Of a stretch of 64,000 nt of DNA, positions 1 through 9,754 are shown in pieces. Location: assembly GCA_963771665.1 (NCBI GenBank), contig CAVYUK010000004.1:63971-127970 (forward strand), in the 5' to 3' direction. The translations under genes were made by a program, and so were the position numbers. The stretch comes from an uncultured Gammaproteobacteria bacterium. GTDB lineage: Bacteria; Pseudomonadota; Gammaproteobacteria; Steroidobacterales; Steroidobacteraceae. Each line of letters begins with the position of its first letter. Within the stretch, counting starts at the first letter, position 1. The notes beneath the pieces are model-generated. The model was not told where the DNA came from, made no database searches, and was given only the letters and a program-made list of their open reading frames with translations.

Positions 1-258
1 CGCTAACAGGTAGAGCCCTTGAAGCCTTTGGCTCAGTGGGGCCAGTTGATGCCAGAAGGGGCCCGCGCACAAAGTGTCTCCTCCGGCGCCGGGGTCGCCA
101 TTCGGCGACAACTCTCGCCAGGCCGGCATGCCAGGCATCGTTTTCAACGGCTTACACCGGGTGAGGCTCAAGGTTCGCTCGAATCCCGTCGAAATAGCGA
201 GGCGTCGTTCGTATAGGGGCAGACAACCAGCATGTCGCTGGCCAGCCAGGAGTTGATC

Positions 259-606
259 ATGAAGCAGTATTTACTGAGCGTCTGTTATCCCGCCGGTAGC
301 AGCCAACCGGCGCCGGAGGCACTGAACAAAATCATGAGCGACGTAATTTCGCTGCGAAAGGAAATGCAGGCCGCCGGTGTATGGGTGTTCAGTGGCGGAC
401 TCTGCGCTCCCGATTCAGCCACCGTTCTGCGCCACAGCAATGGTGACATCGTACTGACCGATGGGCCGTTTGTGGAGAGCAAGGAGCAAATCGGCGGTAT
501 CACGATAGTGCAGGTACCCGACCTGGATGCGGCGCTCTTTTGGGCTCGAAAGACGGCGCGCGCCACCACCACACCGATTGAAGTTCGACCGTTTATGGAA
601 AGATAG
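259..606 (+). CDS. YCII-related / DGPF-motif protein (typical partner of ECF42 sigma factors)
   Basis: ORF 232..606. AGGAG at 248-252 favours the ATG at 259. Motif LTDGPFVESKEQIGG. The stop lies 2 nt before the sigma-factor ORF. Confidence 0.8.
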   Translation: MKQYLLSVCYPAGSSQPAPEALNKIMSDVISLRKEMQAAGVWVFSGGLCAPDSATVLRHSNGDIVLTDGPFVESKEQIGGITIVQVPDLDAALFWARKTARATTTPIEVRPFMER

Positions 607-608
607 AT

Positions 609-1814
609 TTGAACGCAGAAATGACAGCGATTTTCAGGCGTGAATACGGACGCGCCGTCGCCGTGCTCACGCGCTTCCTCGGCGACATTTCACTGGCCGA
701 GGAAGCTGTACAAGAAGCATTCGCTGTGGCGCTCTCCAGATGGCCGGAAACCGGCGTTCCAGGCTCGCCGGTAGGTTGGCTAATCACGACCGCGCGCAAC
801 AAAGCTCTGGATCGACTGCGCAGGGAAGCCACTCGAACTGAGCGCGAGCATGCCGCCCATTTGCTGATCGCGCCGGAAGAGGCCGAGGAGCATGACGTGC
901 ACGATGACCACTTGCGATTGATCTTCACCTGTTGCCACCCGGCCCTGGCCCCTGACGCACAGGTCGCGTTGACGCTGCGATTGATAGGAGGACTCAGCAC
1001 CGAAGAGATCGCTCACGCATTCCTGCTACAACCAACCACGCTGGCACAGCGCATATACCGCGCCAAGGCGAAAATACGCGACGCCAAAATACCCTATCGC
1101 GTCCCGGAGGCGAACGAGCTGCCGGCCCGCGTGAGTGCGGTTCTGGCCGTGGTCTACCTGATATTCAACGAAGGCTACAGCGCGTACTCCGGCGATGACG
1201 TGCTTCGTACCGAGCTGTGCGATGAGGCCATTCGGCTCGGTCGAACACTGGCGGCACTGATGCCTCAGGTATCCGAAGTACTCGGCCTGCTTGCGTTGAT
1301 GTTGCTGATCGATGCTCGTCGCGACTCCCGGGTCGGGGACGGAAGCATGGTCCTGCTTTCAGACCAGGATCGCGCCCTGTGGGATGACTCCACGATCGAG
1401 GAAGGCCGCGCGTTATTGAGAATTTGCCTTGCACGAAATTGCCCGGGCTTCTATCAGCTGCAGGCCGCCATTAACGCGGTGCATGCTGATGCCTCATCTG
1501 CTGCGCTGACTGATTGGCGGCAAATCCTGGAACTGTACGATCAGCTCATGGTCATTGCTCCGAGCGCGGTTGTTGCACTCAACCGAGCTGTGGCTGTCGG
1601 GGAAGTAGAGGGCCCTGAACGTGCGCTGCAACTGGTCGATGCGATTGATCTGCCGCAGTATCACTTGCAACATGCGGTTAGAGCTGATCTGTTGCGGCGA
1701 ATCGGTCGCACAGCCGATGCCGCGTCTGCCTATCGTCGCGCGCTGGACCATTGTGAGAACAAGAAGGAGCGCGAGTTCCTCATACGTCAATGGCAGTCAC
1801 TGACGAGACACTGA
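609..1814 (+). CDS. ECF sigma factor with long C-terminal helical (TPR-like) extension, ECF42-type
   Basis: N-terminal sigma2 and sigma4 regions (FRREYGRAVAVLTRFLGDISLAEEAVQEAF; GLSTEEIAHAFLLQPTTLAQRIYRAKAKI) are followed by an extension of about 200 aa. Start is TTG 609 or ATG 621. Directly follows the DGPF gene. Confidence 0.85.
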   Translation: MNAEMTAIFRREYGRAVAVLTRFLGDISLAEEAVQEAFAVALSRWPETGVPGSPVGWLITTARNKALDRLRREATRTEREHAAHLLIAPEEAEEHDVHDDHLRLIFTCCHPALAPDAQVALTLRLIGGLSTEEIAHAFLLQPTTLAQRIYRAKAKIRDAKIPYRVPEANELPARVSAVLAVVYLIFNEGYSAYSGDDVLRTELCDEAIRLGRTLAALMPQVSEVLGLLALMLLIDARRDSRVGDGSMVLLSDQDRALWDDSTIEEGRALLRICLARNCPGFYQLQAAINAVHADASSAALTDWRQILELYDQLMVIAPSAVVALNRAVAVGEVEGPERALQLVDAIDLPQYHLQHAVRADLLRRIGRTADAASAYRRALDHCENKKEREFLIRQWQSLTRH

Positions 1815-1846
1815 CGAGACACCGAGACCAGGCAATTGAATCTTCG

Positions 1847-2674
1847 CTATTGTTTGCGCTCGCGGTGAGCGTCCCCATCCAGCGAGACATCGCTTCCCTG
1901 GGAACCTGGAAGCACAGAGATCGCCTGTTGCTGGTCGTGAAGCGTGGGCGCGTTTGTTTCGGGGTGTGCCTTTGCGAAGTCATGCTGCTCGGCCATGTGG
2001 AAGTACGGGATCATTTGCCACCAACCGAGGGGCGGTCCGTATCCCGTGAGGTTGCCGATGACGGAAAGCTGATCGCCGAAGACGGATTCGCGGCTCTGCA
2101 TAATGATGAAGCAGCTGAGCGTCTGCTGCTGCTCCTGAACCGCAGTGGACGTGATGTCGGCGGTGTGGGTTAGATATCCGGCGCAGTCCGTGAGGTAGGG
2201 CTTTAGAAGTTCGTGAAAGACCTGTGATTCACGGTCGAGCTCCTTGTACTCGGTGGCGAGACTACGCAGTTCGGCCGGCGGCAGGAGCGATGCGACCTCG
2301 GAGCGTTCGACGGTGGACCATGCCGCTTCTACGGGCTCCGCGAGCGTGATCTCTCCGAAGGTCATGACGCCGGGAAGCTTGTCTTCGGGCGAACCAGGGT
2401 GGGCGAGCAGATAGCGCAGCACGCGCTGGTCATTGCTCTGATTGGCAAGACGCAGCAGGTGGCCACGGACGTTGTCGTGGTAGCGGCGAATGTTCTCTAC
2501 ATGCTCGGCCGCGAGCGCTTCGCGGGCTTCCCGGACCTCGTGTCGATGGTGGAAGTACTCAACTGTCTGTTCCAACCCCACGGCAATCAACAGTCCAATG
2601 ACGATGGTTGAAATATGAAGGAAGAAACCCTTCCAGGTGTTAATCGGTTCGTGAGATGGGTGCACGTCGAGCAT
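1847..2674 (-). CDS. hypothetical membrane-anchored protein
   Basis: 275-aa ORF with one N-terminal TM helix (FFLHISTIVIGLLIAVGL). No family recognised. Called on length and the absence of a better competing frame. Confidence 0.55.
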   Translation of the reverse strand: MLDVHPSHEPINTWKGFFLHISTIVIGLLIAVGLEQTVEYFHHRHEVREAREALAAEHVENIRRYHDNVRGHLLRLANQSNDQRVLRYLLAHPGSPEDKLPGVMTFGEITLAEPVEAAWSTVERSEVASLLPPAELRSLATEYKELDRESQVFHELLKPYLTDCAGYLTHTADITSTAVQEQQQTLSCFIIMQSRESVFGDQLSVIGNLTGYGPPLGWWQMIPYFHMAEQHDFAKAHPETNAPTLHDQQQAISVLPGSQGSDVSLDGDAHRERKQ

Positions 2675-2832
2675 AGGCGCTGAGATCTCCGTAGGGGAAA
2701 CCGTATTCTGCGAGGCAACCGCAGGTCGCCGCGGTAATTTCGGGTTTGGTGCTAACTGCCACGCACTGATTTCTTCGCTTGAAGCGGTTAGATTACCGCA
2801 TGCAGCGAGTGTCAGCTAAGTTGCGTTAGGCT

Positions 2833-4569
2833 ATGCACTCGACAGAAGAATTTCGCACCTATTTCGCGGCCTATCGGTATTGGCTGCGTTCACTTGTATT
2901 GGGGCTGAGTCGGGGTGATTTGGCCCGGAGGCGTCTAATGCAAGGAACAAAAGACCTCGTGGCTGTCCTGTTTATGTTCGCTGCGGCTGCTGGAGTGACG
3001 CAAGAGCATGAGCATGGAAGTGGTGAAACGTTGGGAGAGGTTCACTTCGCCACATCGTGTAACGAACCGGCGCAGAACGATTTTAATCGCGCGGTGGCTC
3101 TGCTTCATTCCTTCCAATTCAGCCGTGCGATCGAAGGATTTAACGCTGTTCTGCAGGAAGACCCCACCTGCTCGATCGCGTACTGGGGAATTGCACTCAG
3201 CGATTGGAGCAATCCTTTCGCACCGGGACAAAAAGCCAGGGGCCAGCTGCAACTCGGGCAGCAGAGCGCGGAACGAGGCAAGGAGCTAGGCGCGAAAACA
3301 GATCGTGAAAGCGCCTATCTCGAGGCAGTCGGCAAGCTATACGGCGACTTTGAAAGCACGCCGCAGCAAGCTCGCTTGCTCGCCTATCGCGATGCCATGG
3401 GAAACCTTGCCGCGAAGTATCCGGAAGACCACGAAGCACAGATCTTCTACGCGTTGGCGCTCGCCGTAGCGGCTGATCGGGACGACAAGACCTACACAGA
3501 CCAGCTCAAGGCGGGCGCAATTCTGGAGAAATTGTTCGCGGAGGAGCCGACACATCCGGGTTTGGCGCACTACATTATCCACGCCTACGACGTGCCAGCG
3601 CTGGCGGACAGGGCCCTGGTGGCGGCACAACAGTACGCGGAAATTGCCCCCGATGCGCCTCACGCGTTGCACATGCCGTCGCATACATTTACCCGCCTTG
3701 GGTACTGGCAGCAGTCGATTGACAGCAACGTTGCTGCCGCGGACGCCGCGCGGCGACAGGGTCAGACGGCCGAAGAGTTGCATGCCAGCGACTACGAGAC
3801 TTACGCCTACTTGCAAACCGGGCAGGACGAGGCGGCAGCTGGGATTGTGACTGCGCTGCCGGAAATGGCCTCACGCTTCGATCCGAAGGCATTGCTGATC
3901 GGCGCCGGCCCACCTGCGGCTGGCTATTTTGCGCTCGCTGCAATCCCAGCACGATATGCCTTGGAGCGTCGGGACTGGCAGCTAGCTGAGAGTCTGGTGC
4001 TGTCGGAGACGCCGTTTCCCTACACAGAGGCGATAACGTGGTTCGCCCGAGGATTGGGCGCGGCGCGATTGCGACGCGCGGCGGCGGCAAACGAGGCGGC
4101 GGCAGCACTGAGGCAGATCAAGGAGGGCCTCTCGAAGGTCAACGAGCGCTACTGGGCGCGCCAGGTTGAAATTCAGGCCACTGCAGTTTCGGCATGGTCT
4201 GCGCTAGCGGCGGGCAACAAAGAGGCTGCTCTGCGGCAGATGGAATTGGCAGCGAATATGGAAGATGGGACAGAGAAAAGTGCGGTGACACCGGGGCCAC
4301 TGTCCCCGGCGCGCGAATTACTCGCCGATATGTTATTGAAGCTGAATGAGCCTGCTAAGGCATTGGTGCAATTTGAAGCGACGCTTCAGAAGGAACCGCG
4401 GCGCTTCCGGTCATTGTATGGAGCGGCTCACGCTGCGCAGCTCAGCGGCAACAGAAATTTGAGTCAAAAGTATTTTGGCGAACTGCTGACGGTTTGTGCG
4501 CGCTCCGACAAGCCCGGAAGATCCGAGATCAGGGAAGCACGTGAGTCGCTGGCGAAACAGAGGCGCTGA
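2833..4569 (+). CDS. TPR-like repeat protein, probably secreted
   Basis: 578-aa ORF. A signal-peptide-like stretch starts at Met36 (nt 2938, MQGTKDLVAVLFMFAAAAG), so the true start may be 2938. Helical repeat-rich sequence. Confidence 0.65.
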   Translation: MHSTEEFRTYFAAYRYWLRSLVLGLSRGDLARRRLMQGTKDLVAVLFMFAAAAGVTQEHEHGSGETLGEVHFATSCNEPAQNDFNRAVALLHSFQFSRAIEGFNAVLQEDPTCSIAYWGIALSDWSNPFAPGQKARGQLQLGQQSAERGKELGAKTDRESAYLEAVGKLYGDFESTPQQARLLAYRDAMGNLAAKYPEDHEAQIFYALALAVAADRDDKTYTDQLKAGAILEKLFAEEPTHPGLAHYIIHAYDVPALADRALVAAQQYAEIAPDAPHALHMPSHTFTRLGYWQQSIDSNVAAADAARRQGQTAEELHASDYETYAYLQTGQDEAAAGIVTALPEMASRFDPKALLIGAGPPAAGYFALAAIPARYALERRDWQLAESLVLSETPFPYTEAITWFARGLGAARLRRAAAANEAAAALRQIKEGLSKVNERYWARQVEIQATAVSAWSALAAGNKEAALRQMELAANMEDGTEKSAVTPGPLSPARELLADMLLKLNEPAKALVQFEATLQKEPRRFRSLYGAAHAAQLSGNRNLSQKYFGELLTVCARSDKPGRSEIREARESLAKQRR

Positions 4570-4611
4570 CTCGCACCAATGATCTTTGCAGCGAGAGCAG
4601 AGTGGTCGCGG

Positions 4612-5253
4612 TTACAGGCGCAGCTTCTTGACGCCGCTCACATGGGCATTGCCGGGTTCGTAAAAGCGCAACACCCTATCGGCATCACGTGTGATGCCGA
4701 TACGAATGCTTTTGCCAATGGTGCCGGTGCTGCGCGCGCCGATCTGTTGCGCGATCGCGGCCAGCCAAAGTGGGCCGGCGGCGCACAGGTCCAATCCATC
4801 CTGCGCGAGATTGACCTGCAACGCCCTGGTCAGTCGGCCGGGGCCCCTGCCGATGGCGGCCGGGCGCGTCGCGCCGCTCGAGCGGGCCATCATTTCGATG
4901 CCCTCCAGCGGCTCGATGGCGCGCAACAGCACACCGGCGCCGACTCCGGCTAACTCGCTGGTTACATTCAGCAGGAACGATATTCCATAATTGAGATACA
5001 CATAGGCGTGTCCCCGCTCCAGGAAGAGCGACCGATTGCGCTGCGTCTTCCCGCGGAATGCATGTCCGGCTGCATCGCCGACCGGATAAGCCTCGGTCTC
5101 GACAATGCGCCCGCTTAGCCTGCCGGAGTCGGTGTCGTGGATCACGACTTTGCCAATCAAATAGCGCGCCAGCTCCACGGTATCCACTGGGAGCTCCGCC
5201 CGACGGAGGCGTCGCAGCCGGCGTTTGGTTCGCGTTCGATGTGAGGGCTTCAC
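4612..5253 (-). CDS. DNA-3-methyladenine glycosylase (MPG/AAG family)
   Basis: Family blocks VELARYLIGKVV, GRIVETEAYPVGDAAGHAFRG and RGHAYVYLNYG. Confidence 0.9.
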   Translation of the reverse strand: MKPSHRTRTKRRLRRLRRAELPVDTVELARYLIGKVVIHDTDSGRLSGRIVETEAYPVGDAAGHAFRGKTQRNRSLFLERGHAYVYLNYGISFLLNVTSELAGVGAGVLLRAIEPLEGIEMMARSSGATRPAAIGRGPGRLTRALQVNLAQDGLDLCAAGPLWLAAIAQQIGARSTGTIGKSIRIGITRDADRVLRFYEPGNAHVSGVKKLRL

Positions 5254-5395
5254 GGAATCGCCGCATCTGAGAGCATGGGCGCTGAGACCTCCAGGAGGGA
5301 GCGCGCAAGCCTAACCTACAGGACGCAGGGATGCCTTATCAGGCTGAAGCCCAATGCCGGGGATTGGACGTCTCTATGGCCGCCTTGGTTTGTGT

Positions 5396-5977
5396 CTACC
5401 GCCGCCTGCCGTTGGCGTGCGCCAGCGGCGAGTGTGCCTTGCCGAAAAGCCTGGTGATCTCGCGATTGAACGCCGGCAGGTCATCCGGCTTGCGGCTGGT
5501 GACGAGCTGGCCGTCGACCACGACCTCCTCGTCTACCCATTTGGCGCCTGCATTCTCTAGATCGGTCTTGAGAGAGGGCCAGGACGTGAGCTTGTGCCCG
5601 CGCGTGCCGCCGGCTTCGATCAGTGCCCAGGCGCCGTGGCAGATCACGCCCATGGGCTTGCCCGCGTCGACGAAGGCTTTGACGAAGGCGACGGCCTTGG
5701 GCTGCATGCGCAGCGCGTCCGCATTGATGACACCGCCCGGCAGTACCAGCGCGTCGTAGTCCTTGGGGTCGGCGTCATCGAGCGTCTGGTCGACCCCGAC
5801 TTCATCGCCCCATTGCTTCTTATTCCAGCCGCGTACCTTGCCCGGCTTGGGGGAAATCACCTCGGTGTCGGCGCCGGCCGCTTCGAGCGCGCGGCGCGGC
5901 TCCATCAGCTCGCTCTGTTCGAAGCCATCGGTGGCCAGCACCGCCACCCTGAGACCGCTGAGTTGCTCGCCTGCCAT
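5396..5977 (-). CDS. DJ-1/PfpI family protein (type 1 glutamine amidotransferase-like)
   Basis: ORF 5396..6130. Homology begins at Met52 (MAGEQLSGLRVAVLATDGFE). Nucleophile elbow GVICHGAW, plus LVLPGG. Confidence 0.9.
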   Translation of the reverse strand: MAGEQLSGLRVAVLATDGFEQSELMEPRRALEAAGADTEVISPKPGKVRGWNKKQWGDEVGVDQTLDDADPKDYDALVLPGGVINADALRMQPKAVAFVKAFVDAGKPMGVICHGAWALIEAGGTRGHKLTSWPSLKTDLENAGAKWVDEEVVVDGQLVTSRKPDDLPAFNREITRLFGKAHSPLAHANGRRR

Positions 5978-6163
5978 AACCTTAAGCTCCTGGCTGATGC
6001 AGCCTGATATTGGGAAGTCAGGGCAATAGTGGACCCTGCCGGGCAGCGACACTGCCGATGCCGCTCCGATGTTCGAATCAGACAGGGCTGACGCGCTGCC
6101 CCGGAACGCCGCTGTTAGACTCCGGCGCAATTGGCCTAGGGAACATCATCCAGGGGGATATCT

Positions 6164-6388
6164 ATGAGCGGAATGAAAGTGCTGGCGGCGGTGTTGATCG
6201 TCGGCGGGATACTCGGGCTGGTCTATCACCACTTCAGCTACACGCAGAATACCCACGAGGCGAAGATCGGCTCGGTGGAGCTGTCAGTTGCCAAAAAGGA
6301 GTCCGTGGACGTGCCGGAATGGGCCGCCGTGGGCGCCATTGTCGTGGGTGCGGCCCTGCTGCTGTTCGGCAGCAGCGCCAGGCGTTAG
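6164..6388 (+). CDS. small two-TM membrane protein
   Basis: 74 aa with hydrophobic helices at both ends (VLAAVLIVGGILGLVY; AAVGAIVVGAALLLFG). GGGGGA lies upstream of the ATG. Confidence 0.5.
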   Translation: MSGMKVLAAVLIVGGILGLVYHHFSYTQNTHEAKIGSVELSVAKKESVDVPEWAAVGAIVVGAALLLFGSSARR

Positions 6389-6459
6389 ACTTCGCGCGCA
6401 TTTGAGCGGGGCCCGGGTTCAACGGGGCACTGCGGATAACCGTATTCAAGGAGCGTGAA

Positions 6460-6582
6460 GTGGGCAAAGGCGATCGAAAAACGCGGCGTGGCAAGATCTA
6501 TCGGGGTTCATTCGGCAAGACCCGGCCGAAGGATCCGGCCGCCAAGAAGAAAGCGGCTGCCAAGACTGCCACGCGGAAATAG
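6460..6582 (+). CDS. 30S ribosomal protein THX (bTHX)
   Basis: Not in the ORF track because it is 40 aa. GTG start sits 7 nt after AAGGAG (6447-6452). Translation is (M)GKGDRKTRRGKIYRGSFGKTRPKDPAAKKKAAAKTATRK, which shows the GKGD+K/R-T-R-R-GK signature of THX. Confidence 0.8.
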   Translation: MGKGDRKTRRGKIYRGSFGKTRPKDPAAKKKAAAKTATRK

Positions 6583-6643
6583 CCCCCGGCGACTATCGCC
6601 GCACGTGCCCTGAAGCGACATCATCGCCAAGAGGGGTATGACC

Positions 6644-6949
6644 ATGAATAGAGTCATTACACGACGTGCCCTGGTGAAGGGCGGCCTGCTTGCAGGCGCG
6701 CTGGCCCCGGTTGCGGGCCTCTTTGTGAGTGGTACCGCTCGTGCCGACCTGCCGCCGCTGGATCCGAATGATCCGGCCGCCAGGGGGCGCGACTACGTTA
6801 CAAAATCGGCCAAGCCCGAGGCGCGCTGCGCCAATTGCGGACTCTATAAGGACACGGGCGGCGGGATGGGTTCCTGCACGCTCTTCACGGGAAAGAGCGT
6901 CGCTGCTGCCGGTTGGTGCAGCGGCTGGGTGAAGACGGGAACGCCCTGA
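6644..6949 (+). CDS. high-potential iron-sulfur protein (HiPIP), Tat-exported
   Basis: Twin-arginine leader (ITRRALVKGG). Cys pattern CANC...C...WCSGW. ATG 6638 or 6644, with the GAGGGG spacing favouring 6644. Confidence 0.9.
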   Translation: MNRVITRRALVKGGLLAGALAPVAGLFVSGTARADLPPLDPNDPAARGRDYVTKSAKPEARCANCGLYKDTGGGMGSCTLFTGKSVAAAGWCSGWVKTGTP

Positions 6950-6968
6950 GCCCTAGAGCACTAGAGCC

Positions 6969-8297
6969 CTAGAGAATGTAACGGCTGAGGTCCTCGTCCT
7001 TCGCCAGCGCGCCCAGATGGTCATCGACGTAAGCCGCATCCACGCGCAGCGCGGAATCGGCACGCTCGCTGGCATCGAACGAGATCGTCTCGAGTAACCG
7101 CTCCATCACCGTATGCAGGCGGCGCGCGCCGATGTTCTCGGTGCGCGAGTTGACCTGGTGCGCGATCTCGGCGATGCGCCGCACCCCATCGGTGGTGAAT
7201 TCGAGCGTTACGCGCTCGGTCGCGAGCAGGGCACGGTACTGCGCCGTCAGCGAGGCATCCGGCTCGGTCAGGATGCGCACGAAGTCCTCGACGGTCAGCG
7301 ATTCCAGTTCGACGCGGATCGGAAAACGGCCCTGCAGCTCCGGGATCAGGTCCGAGGGCTTGGACATGTGGAACGCGCCCGAAGCAATGAACAGTATGTG
7401 ATCGGTCTTGATCGAGCCGTACTTGGTGTTGACGCTGCTGCCTTCCACCAGCGGCAGCAGGTCGCGCTGCACGCCTTCGCGTGAGACATCGGCGCCGACG
7501 GTTTCCTGGCGGCGCGCGATCTTGTCGATCTCATCGATGAAGACGATGCCGTTCTGCTCGGCGTTGTTGAGCGCGCGCGCCTTGAGTTCTTCCTCGTTGA
7601 TGAGCTTGCCGGCCTCTTCCTCGATCATGAGCTTGAGCGCCTCGCTCACCTTGACGCGCCGCGTGCGGGTGCGATTGCCGCCGAGATTGGACAGCACGGA
7701 CTGCAGCTGCTGCTGCATCTCCTCCATGCCCGGGGGCGCCATGATGTCGACGCCGGCGCCCTGGGAACGCACTTCGATCTCGACCTCCCGCTCATCGATC
7801 TGACCGGCGACGAGCATCTCGCGCAGTTTGTTGCGGGTGTCGGCATCGCGCGGCTGAACGGGCTCATCGGTGGAGAAGCCCATGCGGTGCGGCCGCGGCA
7901 GCAGTGCATCCAGCACCCGCTCGACCGCCGCTGCGCGTGCGCCGTCGCGCACGCGCGCGAGTTCGACTTCACGCATCATCTTGACCGCCACGTCGGCCAG
8001 GTCCTTGATGATTGAATCGACCTCGCGCCCCACATAGCCGACTTCCGTGAATTTGGTGGCCTCCACTTTCACGAACGGTGCCTGTGCGAGGCGGGCGAGG
8101 CGGCGCGCAATCTCGGTCTTGCCGACACCGGTCGGGCCGATCATGAGGATGTTCTTGGGCGTGATCTCATGGCGCAGGGAATCGCCCACCTGCATGCGGC
8201 GCCAACGGTTGCGCAGCGCGATGGCTACCGCGCGCTTGGCGGCGCCCTGCCCGACGATGTGCTTGTCGAGCTCGGCAACGATGTCCTGCGGGGTCAC
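6969..8297 (-). CDS. hslU: ATP-dependent protease ATPase subunit HslU
   Basis: [17 protein letters not shown], Walker [17 protein letters not shown]-terminus LSRYIL. Overlaps the hslV stop by 4 nt. Confidence 0.98.
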   Translation of the reverse strand: MTPQDIVAELDKHIVGQGAAKRAVAIALRNRWRRMQVGDSLRHEITPKNILMIGPTGVGKTEIARRLARLAQAPFVKVEATKFTEVGYVGREVDSIIKDLADVAVKMMREVELARVRDGARAAAVERVLDALLPRPHRMGFSTDEPVQPRDADTRNKLREMLVAGQIDEREVEIEVRSQGAGVDIMAPPGMEEMQQQLQSVLSNLGGNRTRTRRVKVSEALKLMIEEEAGKLINEEELKARALNNAEQNGIVFIDEIDKIARRQETVGADVSREGVQRDLLPLVEGSSVNTKYGSIKTDHILFIASGAFHMSKPSDLIPELQGRFPIRVELESLTVEDFVRILTEPDASLTAQYRALLATERVTLEFTTDGVRRIAEIAHQVNSRTENIGARRLHTVMERLLETISFDASERADSALRVDAAYVDDHLGALAKDEDLSRYIL

Positions 8298-8839
8298 GGA
8301 CGCAGTTCCTCGATCACGAGGTTGCGGTTGGTATAGATGCAGATATCGGCAGCGATGCCGAGCGAGCGCTCGACAATCGTGCGCGCATCCAGCTCGGTGT
8401 TCTCGGTGAGCGCGCGCGCGGCGGCCTGGGCGAACGGGCCGCCCGAACCGATGGCCACGGCCTCGAATTCCGGCTCGATGACATCGCCGTTGCCCGAGAT
8501 GACGAACAGGTTCTGCGGGTCGCCCACCAGCAGCAGGGCCTCGAGCCGGCGCAGGTAGCGGTCGGAGCGCCAGTCCTTGGCCAGTTCGATGGCCGCGCGC
8601 GTGAGGTTGCCGTATTTCTCGAGCTTGCCTTCGAAGCGCTCGAACAGCGTGAACGCATCGGCGGTGCCGCCGGCGAAGCCTGCCAGCACCTTGCCATTGG
8701 AAAGGCGCCGCACCTTGCGGGCATTGCCCTTCATGACCGTGTTGCCGAGAGTGACCTGGCCGTCACCGCCGAGCGCGATGGCGCCGCCGCGTCGCACGGC
8801 CAGGATAGTAGTGGAATGGGGATCGAATTTTTCGCTCAT
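8294..8839 (-). CDS. hslV: ATP-dependent protease subunit HslV
   Basis: [10 protein letters not shown]...[22 protein letters not shown] and GSGGPFA. Nine residues precede the Thr-Thr nucleophile. Confidence 0.97.
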   Translation of the reverse strand: MSEKFDPHSTTILAVRRGGAIALGGDGQVTLGNTVMKGNARKVRRLSNGKVLAGFAGGTADAFTLFERFEGKLEKYGNLTRAAIELAKDWRSDRYLRRLEALLLVGDPQNLFVISGNGDVIEPEFEAVAIGSGGPFAQAAARALTENTELDARTIVERSLGIAADICIYTNRNLVIEELRP

Positions 8840-8848
8840 GTAATGGAC

Positions 8849-9751
8849 TCAACCGCGGCGTTTGGCGCGCGGATGAGCTTTCTCGTATGTGCGGGCCAGA
8901 TGCTGGAAATCAAGATGAGTGTAGATCTGCGTGGTACTGATGTTGGCGTGGCCCAGAAGTTCCTGGACACCGCGCAAATCGCGACTGGATTCAAGCAGAT
9001 GGGTCGCGAATGAGTGGCGGAAAAGGTGTGGGTGGACGCGCTGGGGCAACCCCTGCGCGCGGGCTCGCGCGGCCACGCGCAGCTGTACCGCGCGAGCGCT
9101 CAAGGGACCGCCATTGCGGCCCACGAACAGCGCCTGGCAGTCCGGGCGCGCGATGGACGGGCGCTCGCTGATCCAGCGCTCGAGCGCCTTGACCGCCTTC
9201 GACCCAACCGGGGCGATGCGCTCCTTGTTGCCCTTGCCGAGTACGCGCGCGCCGCCCTGGCCCAGGTCGAGATCGCGAAGCTTGAGGCTGGTGAGTTCGG
9301 TCAGCCGCAGGCCGCCTGAATAGAACAGTTCCATGAGCGCGAGATCCCGCACCTCGAGCGCGTTGGCCGGTTCGAACGCCAGCAGCCGCGCCATCTGATC
9401 GACATCGAGCGTGTTGGGCAGGCGCTTGCGGGCTTTGGGCGCCGGCACATCGACGCCCGGATTGCGGCGGATCGCCTCTTCGCGCTGCAGGAAGGAAAAA
9501 AACGTCCGCAGCGCCGCCAGGCGTCGCTGGATGCTGCGGCCCTTGAGCCCGCGCGCGTGGCTTCGCGCCGCGAAGGTGCGCACATGCTGATGATCGAGCT
9601 GAGTCCAATCCGCGATGCTGTTCCCATCGCACCAATCCCTTAAGGAGAGAAGGTCGTGGCGGTATGCTAAGAGGGTGTGGGGCGATAGCCGTCGTTCAGT
9701 AGCCAGGTAGCGCTCGAAGCGCTCGAGCCACTGCAGAGCCTTGGGGCTCAC
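8849..9751 (-). CDS. xerC: tyrosine recombinase XerC
   Basis: Catalytic box HLFRHSFATHLL...LLGHANISTTQIYTH. Conserved dapF-DUF484-xerC synteny. Confidence 0.9.
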   Translation of the reverse strand: MSPKALQWLERFERYLATERRLSPHTLLAYRHDLLSLRDWCDGNSIADWTQLDHQHVRTFAARSHARGLKGRSIQRRLAALRTFFSFLQREEAIRRNPGVDVPAPKARKRLPNTLDVDQMARLLAFEPANALEVRDLALMELFYSGGLRLTELTSLKLRDLDLGQGGARVLGKGNKERIAPVGSKAVKALERWISERPSIARPDCQALFVGRNGGPLSARAVQLRVAARARAQGLPQRVHPHLFRHSFATHLLESSRDLRGVQELLGHANISTTQIYTHLDFQHLARTYEKAHPRAKRRG

Positions 9752-9754
9752 GCC

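Noticed and set aside
19-256. Short ORFs (65 and 60 aa) at the window start
   Set aside because: No family resemblance, and they overlap each other. The region is more plausibly the promoter or leader of the DGPF-ECF42 operon.
6948-6974. Short direct repeat GAGCCCTAGAG / CTAGAGCCCTAGAG between the HiPIP and hslU stops
   Set aside because: Only about 11 nt are duplicated once, with no hairpin or U-tract. It is too small to interpret.
8810-8839. Nine-residue N-terminal extension before the Thr-Thr nucleophile of HslV as an anomaly
   Set aside because: From memory, similar short pro-sequences occur in HslV of other lineages (for example Xanthomonas-type and Bacillus CodW). It is probably normal for this lineage and is not evidence of a mis-called start.
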